Assembly (NCBI GenBank): GCA_964016885.1
Contig: OZ024745.1
Coordinates: forward strand, 78,430,001 to 78,494,000
DNA from: Eledone cirrhosa
Lineage: Eukaryota
Length of the DNA: 64,000 nucleotides
Direction: 5' to 3'
The notes below the pieces were generated by a model. It was not told the origin of the DNA. It saw only the letters and a list, made by a program, of their open reading frames with translations, and made no database searches. The number at the start of each line of letters is the position of its first letter. The stretch's first letter is position 1. Position numbers and translations under genes: made by a program. This document shows positions 36,900-51,964 of the stretch, one piece after another.

Positions 36900-39480
36900 C
36901 TGACACCTGTCGACCTATATTGACACAAGCTTGCATACCATAATGAAAACCTCTCAGAACTGATACAAACTTGTCAAGACGATCGAGCTAAGAATCTTCT
37001 ATAAGACAGTTCTGTTCATTCCATTAAAACGCTTTGTCAAGTTAACGAAGACGTTATATAAATCTATTCACTGTCCATTGCATTCCTACCATAGCTGTCT
37101 CACAGATCATATCTGTTGCTCCTCTGGCACTGTTAAAACAACATTGCCACTCAGGAAGAACATTGCCATTGATGATATCAGGCACTTTGTCCAGCATGAT
37201 CTTTGATGATATCAGGCAATTTGTCCAGCATGATCTTTGATGATATCAAGCAATCTGTCCAGCATGATCTTTGATGATATCAGGCAATTTGTCCAGCATG
37301 ATCTTTGATTATATCAAGCAATCTGTCCAGCATGATCTTTGATGATATCAGGCAATTTGTCCAGCATGATCTTTGATGATATCAAGCAATCTGTCCAGCA
37401 TGATCTTTGATGATATCAGGCAATTTGTCCAGCATGATCTTTGATTATATCAAGCAATCTGTCCAGCATGATCTTTGATGATATCAGGCAATCTGTCCAG
37501 CATGATCTTTGATGATATCAAGCAATCTGTCCAGCATGATCTTTGATGATATCAGGCAATTTGTCCAGCATGGTCTTTGATTATATCAAGCAATCTGTCC
37601 AGCATGATCTTTGATGATATCAGGCAATTTGTCCAGCATGATCTTTGATGATATCAAGCAATCTGTCCAGCATGATCTTTGATGATATCAGGCAATCTGT
37701 CCAGCATGATCTTTGATGATATCAAGCAATCTGTCCAGCATGATCTTTGATGATATCAAGCAATCTGTCCAGCATGATCTTTGATGATATCAAGCAATCT
37801 GTCCAGCATGATCTTACAAAAGACTTTTTCTACAACTGATAATCATCCTTTACACCTTTTCCTTTATAAATCACCACCATCAATGCGCTTTTCCAGTCTT
37901 AGGGATCGCTTTATTCCTCCCAATCCTTGTGTATCAGGTTTGTAAGAAGTTGAAGGACGAGTACTATCAGCACAAGTACTATCCCTCCATGGCGACTATC
38001 CATTATTGAGTATTATTTCTACAGCTACTTCCATGTCATCCAAGGCTGGACTTTCTTTGAGTACATCATTTGTAAACCATTGAGGAATTGAGTCAATTAA
38101 TACCCCTCTTGACTTGAGAAGGTCTATTCAAAATTCTATTGAAGTGTTGCCTCCATCTCAAAAGGATGCCCTTTGTGTCTCTAAACAATTCGTGGCTATT
38201 CTGAGATTTCAAAAGTTCAATTGAAGAATTAGAAGGACCATAGACGTCTCGTAATTCGTTCTAAAGTACCTTTATATTGTTGGCATCAATTGCAGCTTGA
38301 ATTTTCTTCGTTTTACTTTTCCACCATGCATCTTGCATGCTATGGAACTTGCGCAGTAATTTAGCCTTCGCCTCCTTCAACAAAATGTCACTCCTTCGAA
38401 CTCCTTACCTTCCTGTAAGCACTCTCATCATTGATGCCTTCTTTTCATTAACTAGCACTTGTTGAATCTCTTTCTCATTTTCATCAAACTAATTTTGATT
38501 TTTCCTATCAATAAAACTAACAACAGATGCCGAACTGAATTTTGAAATCTTGCGAACTATCGTCACACTGAATGTTGTCTAACCTTCTCACCAGCTCATC
38601 TTTTATTGAAGCATTTTTAATTAGAGCAATATTTAATTTCTTTGGAACAACAACACCACTCACTCGTAGTTTCGGGTTTACTACAAATTTGACGTTAGTG
38701 CAAAGAAGACGATCATCTGTCCAGCACACAGCTCCTCGCAAATCACGGGTATCACAGATGTCTCAAAAGTCAAGAACAAAATCTATTACGTGCTTTGAAT
38801 ATGGATGCATCCAGTTTGTTTTGTGCTTCTCCTTGTGCTGGACGAAAGTATTAGTTATACAAATACTTTGCTCCCGGCGCACATTTTCAGAAGTAATAAA
38901 CCATTGCTAATACATTTTCCAGTCTCAGGTTTACCAAACACATCGCAAGTTATGTTGTCCTTTACAACACTAGTATGAAACTTTTATGGGGATCTTCCGG
39001 ATAAATTCTTTTAAGGAAAGATAAAATGCAGGTTTTTCGTCCTCCCTAGCACACAGTCGGAACATATACGCTCACAAATGTAACATACCTATTTTGGATA
39101 GTGGAGCCCTTATAGAAATGAGCCGATCAGGGAAACCACGGGAAAACTCATCAAGTGTGGAAGCAATTGTATTTTCAACACCCTCCTGACCTTTCACTGC
39201 CATTTCCACCAGACCATTTCTGAAAATGACCCTCCTCAACAAACCTGATTTCAGACAAAGCTACAACATTCATTTTATAACGTTGAAGCTCTTTCCCCAC
39301 AACAGATGACCATCTTTCGAGACAAGACGATGTAGGTTAACGATCTAACAATGTCCGAACATTCCAGCAACCAATATTAAAGAGGTTTGGTTTGGGTTTT
39401 GAATTTCTCGCAGTAGCAAGATGATGACCAGGCTCAGGCTACAGTGCCTTGCGACACATGTCCAGACAGACCCTTTAATC
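36900..39480 (-). mobile_element. decayed RTE LINE related to 25081-28075 (APE N-terminus to RT)
   Basis: NIGCWNVRTL, VVALSE, RGAVCWTDDRLL..PKKLN, VLPEWQ, FVNLTKRF; many disablements. Confidence 0.8.
37171..37814. repeat. 34-bp minisatellite (~19 units) with higher-order structure, inside the RTE RT
   Basis: Unit gatgatatca(g/a)gcaat(t/c)tgtccagcatgatcttt. Confidence 0.95.
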
Positions 39481-39990
39481 TCTTGTTCCAGAACCCTTAT
39501 TGCCAATGACTAGTACACCATTGTTAGAGTTCCTTATTTTAAAGTGTTTTACTTCTTTTGTTTACAGCAAACCATGCTTATGCAACACACCTAACAGATT
39601 TATGTCATCAAGGCGCTGTTGTTTTATACACATAGCGAGAAAACTAAAAGAAAGGACCGATATCTCAAAATTCTTAAAGTATAAAAAAAATACAATGGAA
39701 ATTATATGATTGTTGACACTCAGTTTAAACTTTAAACTGGTGGTTGTATTCGAAGTGTGAGTGAAACTTTTGAATTTCATTCACACAAAATAATGTTTCT
39801 TTCAAGATGGCGTGGGGATTATAAAAGTCAGCAAACTTGTGACCTTTTGACGCCAATAACTTTTCTTAAAACATACAAACACCAACATCTGTCCAAGTAA
39901 TTAATTTAGAACATCCTTTTCAGAATTCACGTAAACCACATTATCGATGTGCTTCTTTGACAAATTCACTCTTTTTTATCACCCCCCCTC

Positions 39991-40070
<80 letters not shown>

Positions 40071-40277
40071 AACTTTTGAATCCCTACTTCTGAATACCGA
40101 GCAACACACACAGACGACTACACATGCAATATGTGCGTGTATGTATACAATCTAAAGAGGCTATGAAATATATATAACAATTTATAGCAATTAAACGAAG
40201 TACTGTATAAAAGCCCTTTCTAACTTTTCATCCACTATTAAGCACTCCATACACCTTTAGATATTCAAACAAACTAC

Positions 40278-40345
<68 letters not shown>

Positions 40346-40424
40346 CATAATTATTTTTTATTTTTTACTATGAAGCTTCCGCCCCCTACCTCTTCTCGGA
40401 GTTCCTTTTCAACCCTATCTCCGA

Positions 40425-40465
40425 ACTTTCCTGATGAAGGACTTCTGTTCGAAATGTGGAAACCT
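40425..40465 (+). ncRNA. degenerate minimal hammerhead motif in a short (TA)-flanked PLE-like fragment
   Basis: CTGATGA-A-GGAC ttct GTTC-GAAA-TG; cleavage triplet not intact. Confidence 0.4.
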
Positions 40466-40687
40466 CCTCCACTTCCTCCAAGCGTGAACCCGATATAACT
40501 GTATACAATTGCCTCCTGTGTTTTGTTCGCTCATTTTCAATATATATATATATATATATATGAATATATGTATAGTATATTTGGCAATATACTGTATGCT
40601 TAATTAAAAACATTTTGAAGACCTTGCGCTATTATTTTAAAGTACTGACTATGTCACTTACTTCTTTTTTCAACAAACGAAGGGAGA

Positions 40688-40733
40688 TAAGCTGACAGAT
40701 CTGTTTCACACTGTTGGTGATCATCAGAGCTTA
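40688..40733 (-). ncRNA. hammerhead ribozyme motif (type I)
   Basis: TAAGCT-CTGATGA-tCAC caaca GTGt-GAAA-CAGATCTG-TC-AGCTTA; 6-bp stem I, palindromic stem III, GUC site; stem II closing pair not canonical. Confidence 0.7.
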
Positions 40734-42429
40734 CCACTCGCCGACGTTTGTTGAAAATTATAGAGGCTGGATTCTTATAGAATTCCAGTAATTGATTCCT
40801 ATAAGACACACGTCCTCAAATTTTGGGGGAGTGCTATAGTCGATTGTGTCGATCCAACAATATCGTTTATTCTTTTAACGATCTCGGAAGGTAGAAAGGC
40901 AAAATTGTTCTCAACAGAAATATTACTTAGAACATAAAGAGTAGTAACTAAATGCCATACAAATTCTGCTAATCTATCAACAAACTAAGGACATTTTTGT
41001 TCATTATAAAGGTCTTCCACAGCTTATTAGTGGCGTTCTCTAATCCTGCTAAGTAGACGCTCTTGTACTGAAGAAAGGATAGAAACTATTGAGCCTTCTG
41101 CCAGAATGTCATACACTACTGACTTGGCTATCCAGCTAGACAAAAATGTCATGTTACTGATTAGCTGTGTTTGGCTATGTTGTATAGTTGGGCGATTTTT
41201 AATATCGTCATTTATTACTTATATTATATGTTTGAAGTATTCCTTTCAAGGGAATATGGGAATATTGAAACAATTGTTGTTTGCTACTGTTGGTCATTTT
41301 TGGCTTCTAGCCCTGGTTTTGTGATGCTTTTCAGAGCTATAACATTAATGTACTGATTGAGTATCGAGACTAACATAGAAACCCAGAAATGCTAAATATA
41401 TATTTTTTTTCCGTAGTGTATAATATACGCATTTATTTCATTAACTTAACAATTGTAAGTCATTAAAGCCCAAACTTTCTGTAGTTAATGAGAACTGATA
41501 TCAGGAATAATATAGCGGCCAAGTAGAGAAAGAGTCAGATTATGACGACAAATCAATGCTCATTTTTCTTTTCTCGAATCCAAATGCAGCTTCACGGCTT
41601 CGGCTGGTCAGAGCCTATAGAATATAACTAAGAATTAGAGAAAAATTGCAGCAGTAAATGGTCTCTCTGTACCACACACATGCAACAGTGGGGATAGGCA
41701 AAGAACTGATAAATGCCTAAATTTTATCTTTACAAATAACAGACTACTATCTGCAAGCTGTCAAATAAGATGTAGATAAATGCTTTCAGCAATTGGCTAC
41801 GAGTATGGAAATGGTTTGCGTTGTGTAGTGTTGAGCATTTGTAAGAGAAGAAAATAAATTATTAAGACTTGTAATTAATAATATTACAATTTCGTTTATA
41901 AATATCGCTTGCTTCAGTTATTTCAAATGGGAAAGAGTAATCTTCTATGTTCTTTCCTATGTACTTTCTTTCTTTCCTTCTGAATGAGTGTATTGTATCC
42001 ACGAGAATTAGTCTAGGCTCCAAGATAATTATCAATAATTATGAAAGATTCATTTCTTTTAAATTTCCACCATAATCAACGTTGCAAATTCTTTAGATAT
42101 TTGCAAAACTTTTATGGATAAACAGCAAGATAAATGGCAGTCAGATATGAAAATAAATAGATAGATCTGTAAGGGTCTTAGCTACGAAATTGGGAAGGTA
42201 AGAATCACATAAAATATGTCTTCATACTATCGTAGTCGCCATTTTTATTAATTTGCAGCTTATTCTAAATTTCTAATTCATTTTAATGTACAAATATTTC
42301 ACTTTATAACGAATGATTTGGCTATTCAATAATATGAATTTATTTATTGAAAAAGTATTATTTGTTTGCATAGAAGCACATTCTATATGCCTTTTTTGTT
42401 TTTGTTTTGTTTTGTTTTCGTATCTAGTA

Positions 42430-42586
<157 letters not shown>

Positions 42587-44726
42587 TTTCGTTTGCAACT
42601 GAACTAAAAATATATTTTTCCTGCATTTGTAGTTAGATTTTCCTTTTTAATACCGCCGCACTCTGGGCCTAGAGCCCTATCACCCTTCCACTCCCACCTC
42701 CACATTCTTCCGTGACACTCGAGCTCTTGTCTTTCCCTTCTTTGCCGTTTTTTTATTTTTTCTTATTTTACATTTCATTCTTTCTTCTCAATCTCAAATA
42801 TGTTTTCTTTTTCTATTAAATTGTTTTTACTATTATAAACCCCAATGTATTACTGTTAAATAAATTTAATAAACTGTAAATGAAAGAGTAGAGTCTTGAA
42901 ATCTCAGAAACTGAAACAACTACTTAATGGTTACAAATGTTGACAAAACATATAAAGAGATGTACTGCAGTAGCAAATTATCAAACCCTAATTAGTTTAT
43001 GATTTAAAAATGCATAAATTAAAAAGAATCTGGATCTCTGATGTTCAAAACATAAAATTCTGAAGATTGCTTTGGACAACATTTTTACAAAATCCGCGTT
43101 AAAGGTAATATGTGCTTATTTTATGATACTTTATTAGTTTAATCACCCTTGCTCCGTGTTCATATATTTTTTCACGATACTGTGGGGAGGAAAAAACAAA
43201 TAAAATAAAGTAAAATATCAATTCCCGCCAATTTTAATTTTTGGTGGAATATAATTGATATCCCTGAACTATGTTCTCGTATATTATGAATACAATGGAA
43301 ATTGATATTAACTGCATATTTTCCCCAAATCCTTTTCGCAAACTATTTTAAAAAATCAATATTTCCCGAGTCTGGGTAGGTCGGGTTTACTGGAATATTA
43401 TACAGTACTTAATCAAATGCTTCTTAATTTTGAATGCAATTGTTTAATACAGTGTAGTGTTTGATTTAATCTGCCATAGTATATTCCCACACAAATTAGG
43501 ATTGTGCCTACTCACTTTAGAGGTGATATCACAGAAGACAGGGTAGCCGATACATTACATTTCAGTATTTAATTTCAAGTTTCAGATTTCTAATTCCTTC
43601 TGGGTTGACCTTGCCTTTTAACTCTTCGAATTCGATACAATAAACACAAGCTATATCAAACCAGTCAACTCCCACCCACTTTGGGATGGGTGAGAGATGT
43701 CTTCTCTTGTGAAAATGGGTACAGTTTTCATTACGTAAAATCTCCCCATCTTGCCTCATTCCTCCCCGTTTTGGGGCACTCTTTTTCGTGGTACTCTCCG
43801 CTTGGGTTTTTAGAGGTAGGCAGGTCTGTTATATATTAGTGGCTTTATTTAGTTTGTTATTTTTCTCTAAAGAACGATAACGGGATTCAGTTGTGTGTGG
43901 AAATCAACTATCATTCTAACTTCAATGCCAATTGTAGCAGATAATAAGATGTTAAATGGTTACACCCACTTCATTGTTTTCATAAGTTAAACTCACAAAT
44001 AATATAAACAAAAACAAAATATAAACATCTGAACTGAAACGATTAATTACTGGGACGCAGAGCGCATGTCTTGATACTCAATCTATGCCTTTTATTTTGA
44101 TAAATCTTTAGATCAAAGGATTCTACTGTTTATACCAAATACATTTATACTAAGAGTTAAATTGTAGGGAAAAAATAAAAAGAATATGAGAGATGGTTCT
44201 TATTTAGTTTTTTTATTTTCATATCGCTTTTAAAACTTTATTTCCATCTATTTGAATGCTCTATTTAATGCAGTTGGAGTACGTCATCCATTTGTTGTTC
44301 TTTTTCAAGTATAACGCACATATTTGGAGGTAAGATAAACATCCAACAAAGGTTGGATGTAAACTTTACTGATTGACTCGGAAATATTTTTAGTTCCTTT
44401 ATTGACTGATGCTATCAAAGTTGTCAGTTTCAGAAAAAATAAGGCTTGATGACGTTTAACTTTAGTTTAATGTCGACATTATTTAGATGGTTAACTCCCA
44501 ACAAATGAAATTGTTTATGCTTTAGAATTATTGCTGCTTCAACAAAACTTTGTAAATGAACGCAATTTATAATGTTGATTGAAGTGTACTTAAAATAAAA
44601 CATTCTACATATTATTATAATACACAAAAGTATACAGTGTTTAAATTCACAAATCTACAACAGCTTATCACAACGTCTGTATCATATGTGAACACAGGAC
44701 ATATACGTGTGTGCGTGCGTGCGCTC

Positions 44727-44758
<32 letters not shown>

Positions 44759-45133
44759 GGGATAACAAGTTATCGTTATAGGCAATCCACTTAGAGGTAG
44801 TCCAGTTAGAGTACTCCGTGTTGTGGATGGTTTTAACGTATGGCTTAGTTTGACTCAACAAGACGCTTCCATAGTGATGCAGCGAGTTCGCAGTGATTTC
44901 TATGTAGGTTATACTTGGAGTAATAATAATTCAAGAAAGAAGAGTAACATGACATCCACACGCTCTGATGAAATGACTGGTTGTAAACAAAGTATTGGAG
45001 ATCGATTGACGCAACATCAAGTGATTAGCGAGCTCTAGACCTACCAGATCAACGATTGTCAGCACTGTGAATAAAGCCCTTATTGTACAGCCAACCATGT
45101 TACACTTCTTACTTGAATTATATATATATATAT

Positions 45134-46315
<1,182 letters not shown>

Positions 46316-46576
46316 GTGACCTGTGTGGTGAAGTTAATTGTTAATTAATAATTTCCAGTTGTTCTACAAATGCATGTAACATTATAACCGTATTGGAACG
46401 AATGTAGAAATGAAGGAATAAATATAATTTCATATCCTTGATTTTTTTCTAATAGATTTTAATTCTACTTTTAAGTTGAACGAAATTATACAATTTTGTG
46501 TGCAAATGAGGCTACTCAGCCCACCTAGAGAGGCGAAAAAACTATATATTTTCGTCTTTATGGACATAAATAAATA

Positions 46577-46684
<108 letters not shown>

Positions 46685-47206
46685 CGAGGAAGTGGTTTTA
46701 TGCAAGATGGACGGTAAGATGAAGGTAAGGAAAAAGTTAGTTACCTGGTAATGTTTATTTTTATTTTATCTTTTTTTTTTTGCTGTTGTTCCTTTCGTCC
46801 TAATATTTTGGACTTAAAATTCCCTTCTTCAGGGTATAAGGAACTGTCAGAGAAAGATGTTCCAGTTTCTTCTCTTTGTAATTAAATTTAGATTTAAATT
46901 TTATAAACCGCTTTCAAGCGTTGTTTAGTGGCTGCTTTGTTATTCACGAGAAGCTGGAGGATGACGTCAATTGCCGATGTAATATTTCGTGGAATCAATT
47001 AACTTGTGTGAGATGTTGTTTAGGTTGCGTGTGTAGGCATGTGGGTGTGTCCTTTGCGTTTATGTCATGACGTTTAACAGTTATAGGTATATATAAATAT
47101 ATGTGTGGGTGTCTGTCTGTGTGTAATATATACGTATGTAAGGAACATACAAATAGTCACATATTTCATTATTATATTATCATTATATTATATATATGTG
47201 TATATA

Positions 47207-47253
<47 letters not shown>

Positions 47254-47459
47254 GTGTGTGTATGTAGGTATTCTCGAGTATATACGTGTCAAGAGGGTGG
47301 ACTTGTGCTGGGATGTGTCGGCGTGTGCACGTGCACAGACGTTCATTTCCTGAGTGTATTACTTCGCGGCAAGACAATGCAAATGAATTTCCTCAATCGG
47401 TTTAAAGCTGCATCCACTTACGGTGAAAAATAGAAAAACGTTTATTTTTTTTTTCGAAA

Positions 47460-48480
47460 CAAAAACGTGGTGGAGCCACGCACCCTCCCCAACCTCGAGT
47501 CTGCTGTCGGGTGGCAGCGGTGCAGACATTGAGCTAAGCAACACCGCCCCTAGCACAAATTTAGGCAGCATTACCAACAACCCAACAACAAAAACAACAG
47601 CACCAAAAAAAAAAAAAAACAGACGAAAGAAATACTGGCAACACGAAACAACAACGAAACTAATAACACCACCAGCTACAACATGAACAGCGACAGCACC
47701 AACAGCAACAACTGTACCAAGATCAACAACAGGTTGATTAACAACACCAACAGCAATAATGATAACAACACCAACAACAAGAACAGCAAAAAGTAAAAAG
47801 AGAACAACAACGACAAAACACTAACAACAACAACAACAATATCATGAACAACAATGTGACCAGCAACACGGACAAGAACTCTTTCGCTGCTGCAGCACCC
47901 GAAAATAGGCCATTAAACAAGAGCAAACCTGTGCCAACTAATCCATCCCGACAAAGGAAGCGGTGGAAAGGAGAGTGTTCTCTTAAAATGCATTTCCGTG
48001 CAGACTAAAAAGCAGTGATTATTCCCCAAGCCGAAATTGAAGCTGCGCTGAGGTGCTTCAGAGACGATACAGAATACATAACGAGGGACAGATAATATGG
48101 CACCATCTTGGTGCTGTTTAAGTCAGAAGCCCTCGCTGTGAAACACTCGGTGACCGCTTGCAAAACCAGCAAGGTCATCTTTTACCCCTCCCACATGGGA
48201 AAAATACTGTAAGAATCTGCATTCTCTGGATTCCACCAGGACTAGACTTGTGGTGGCTCCTGGGATTCGTGACTGTGGAAGAGACAGGTGCCGTCCCGAT
48301 CGAGGTGACCAGAACAGCCAGAGAGGACTGAAAAATCCCGGACCACATCCGTTTCCAAAACGGGACGGCTCTATAGGTAATGACCGAGGGCAAAAGGCCG
48401 CACTGTCTTGTCTGCGGCGAAACAATTCACTTGCGAGCCTTCTGCCCTCAGCTCAAAAATGCAAGGCGTCGAAACGCCAC
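47460..48480 (+). mobile_element. decayed L1/Tx1-like 5' region and ORF1 with CCHC zinc knuckle
   Basis: (CAA)-rich low-complexity N-terminal region; EGKRPHCLVCGETIHLRAFCPQ (C-X2-C-X4-H-X4-C). Confidence 0.6.
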
Positions 48481-48596
48481 CATCAAAGGAGTTCCCTTTG
48501 CAATCCCGTGGCTTAGGTCCAGCCCCCGCAGCGTGATTAGCCTGGAGTTAAGCAATATTTTGTCAATGAAACCTGTTAAGAAACCCGTTGTATATT

Positions 48597-48681
<85 letters not shown>

Positions 48682-49491
48682 TTACTAACTATGTTCCGCA
48701 AATTAGTGGTAGTAAAAGTAAAAATCAATAAAATAAGACGTAGACTTAGAAAAAACAAGTACTGTGATCGATATGATCGACTAAATCCCTTAAAGATGGT
48801 GCCCCAGAATGACCCCAGTCTAATGACTGGAATCCGATGAAAAAGTAAATCTCACAATTTAATAGATTTTTTTTTCTTCTTTCCAGCAAAGCAAATGTGT
48901 ATTTATCCACAAAGAAACTAAATCGATTAAAATCTTTTGAAATGTAAATTTGAAAAATTACCAGATTTATTTCACGTAACATACATAAAATGTACTAGTC
49001 ACATCGAAAACTTTGTTACTATACATCTTGTTTTTCACCAGCCCATTTTTTACTACCTCGGAGAAAATCATTTAATCTCTTTAAACTGACATGCTTATAT
49101 GTTGAACAGAAAGTCACTTTGTCATGTACAGTTGCTATAATTGTCAGTAGACTAGAACCGTACTTAAGATTTCACTGGCGTTTATACTATATAAAGCACT
49201 GTTTCAGGTTAATCTAATGACTGGGAGTTCAGGCATTTTTATTTGACACTAGTTTCCTGATAGCTGGCCACCGGGAGAAACAATTCATCAGTGTAGCTCT
49301 CTATTTCCGTGTGTTCAGCAACGAAATATATGCACTTTTGCACATGTAATAAAAAAAGGAAATAATTAAAAATGATGATGGATGTTCATGCGTGCGTGCG
49401 TGTGTGTGTGTGTATGTGTGTGTGTGTGCGCGCGCGTGTGGGAGAGTGAGAGACAGAGTGTGTGGGCGCGTTGGAGTGTGGGGGAGTGTTG

Positions 49492-49560
<69 letters not shown>

Positions 49561-49811
49561 CGTGCGTATTCATTTTTAAAGAAAAGATGGCAGTGACTTT
49601 GAAGTGTTGGTTATAGTGAGCCAGCTACATCAATATCGGATATTTAGCTCCTCTGACTTTGAGAGGGAATTAGGAAAGTCAAAGAGAATTAGAATCTGTG
49701 ATTCTCATGATTTGGCCAAAAGTGTTAGCACCATTAAAATATAGAAATATTTCTCACTTGATATCGAAACTGACGAGCAAACTCGACTTAATTCGAACCA
49801 CGCCATTCTAC

Positions 49812-50025
49812 TTCTGGCGAATTAACAGTCTTTAGAACGTCGGATAGAATACTTTATGGTATTCGTTCCGGCTCTCTGCTCTCTGGGTTCAAATCCCGCC
49901 GAGGTCAACTTTGTCTTTCATCCTTTCGAGGTCTCAGCTCTCTGAGTTCAAATCCCGGCGAGTTCAACTTTGTCTTTCATCCTTTCGAGGTCAATAAAAG
50001 AAAGTACCAGTCTGGTACTGGATTC
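49812..50025 (+). mobile_element. older SINE with an internal tandem duplication of the B-box/Nin segment
   Basis: gttcaaatccc..cgag.tcaactttgtctttcatcctttcgaggtc twice. Confidence 0.8.
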
Positions 50026-51825
50026 GATTCTTCCTCCATATCTCTTTCTTATTTCCTCTCTCTCAGTTTCTATCTTCATTTAGAAGAAATCTGTTGTACT
50101 AAGACCTGAAGAGGGATGGGCTCCGCCAGGCTTAAAATGCCCAAGAAATGCCGTATGTCAATACGGCGCCCCTACGACCCTACCGGGAGTTCCGGGACCG
50201 TACATACATTCTACTTCTATGATAAAGTAAATATTTGGAGAAGATTTCTTTCGCACAACTTGTTTAAAAGAAAAATAAAACAATATTTTTTCTGACAATT
50301 TTAATTTGAGCTTCATTTTAGTTTCTTAAATGTGCTTTTGCCTGTTTGTTTCTTCTTTTAACTGCTTTCTCTCGTTTATTATGTTTTACATGTTCACATC
50401 TTCAACATGATCCTGTTTTACAGAATGAGAGTTTTCCATTTTCTTAACTATTAACTATTTGTTCTATTTTCCTCTTCCCTTAAAAAAAAAGTCCCTATGA
50501 CATCTTACAAGCTCTCTTTTCTTGTTTATTCCCTTTACCTTCTTTCATACAACGTCCTTCTCTCGCTATTTCTTTATTTCTTTCGCTATCTATTTTAGTA
50601 ACTTTAGCATAAAAGTGTCAATGCAAAATAAGTAAATAAATTAAGGCATGTAGACCTTTTTCTATGGCTCGCTTTATTTTGAAAGTCTATCTATTATATC
50701 TGACGCACATTTAAAATATCAAGGCTGGGTGTTGTGTGAAACCTTGTTTAATCTTGTTTCATAAGATTTTTTACTGGAAATATATGTTAAAAAGGTTAAA
50801 ACCCTATCCTTTAGATGTAACCTCCCCGCGCCACAAAAATAAATTCCTGCTTTAATGCATTTGTTTCTGGGTATAAACAAACCTATCCACTTTAACTCTT
50901 AACAGATATTTGATACGAAAGCAATGCGACAACTAATCGAAGAGCAGTGGAAATATAACTGCAATCTTCACAGCTTTCGAAATTGTTGCATTTGTGACAA
51001 CGAACACAACCAACGGCAGTGGCCGCTAACACACATAACCATATTGATGACAGCAAATACAAAAAGAAATCAACTAATTCTACATTATCAACATACGATT
51101 AAAATTATATTTGGAAGCTTTTGTACCCTCTACTGTAATGATTTTTTTATAAATTCTAGAGTTAATCTCTCTGCATTTTGACGCATTTGTGCTCGAATCC
51201 TACTGAGGTCGATTGTGGTTTTCATCATTTTGAGACGAAACAAATATCGTAAAAAGATTTTACTGAAAAATTCATTGAATACATTATAGATTATATAAAA
51301 AAATAATTAAATAAAAATGTGTGTATAATGATTTTAGCTAGGTATTATTGCAAAACCTAAATGAGTGTAAGTGACATTGAATATTTGCAACACAGCAACA
51401 AATTTGCAGAAGCGTAATAATGGAATTTTCCCAAAATTCTGTCAACCGCTCTACGATGACAAAAATTTGCTAAAATCAGTTCAATAGATCATAACCTTTA
51501 CTATAAATATGTGGTTCTGTGCTTTGCGGTATATATCTATATAATTCATTCATAATTTAGTCGAGAGAAAAACTAGGTACCAGCAATATATTGGTGTTAA
51601 AAATCCAAAGTATTATTGGTAAAATCATTAATCCTCACTCATCCTAAGATATTCTATATCTTCCTGACTTCCTGAACATCTATAATACTATTATTTCCAT
51701 CACATAATAACAGTAACAAGCGTAACAAAACATTGACAATTACTGAAAATTGTCACTTATTTCTTGCAATACATAATGATTTGTGTTTGTTTGTTTCTGG
51801 CTACTGTAGTTTAAAATAAGTGCGC

Positions 51826-51964
<139 letters not shown>

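Noticed and set aside
37171-37814. CRISPR-like array of ~34-bp repeats
   Set aside because: Units are contiguous with no unique spacers and derive from RTE coding sequence; eukaryotic context, no cas genes.
46795-46840. Minus-strand CTGAAGA hammerhead-like relic
   Set aside because: GAAA core is mutated (CAAAA); too degenerate to call.
50100-50175. CTGAAGA...GAAA with hairpins, a possible hammerhead
   Set aside because: No consistent stem I or UH cleavage site could be assembled.
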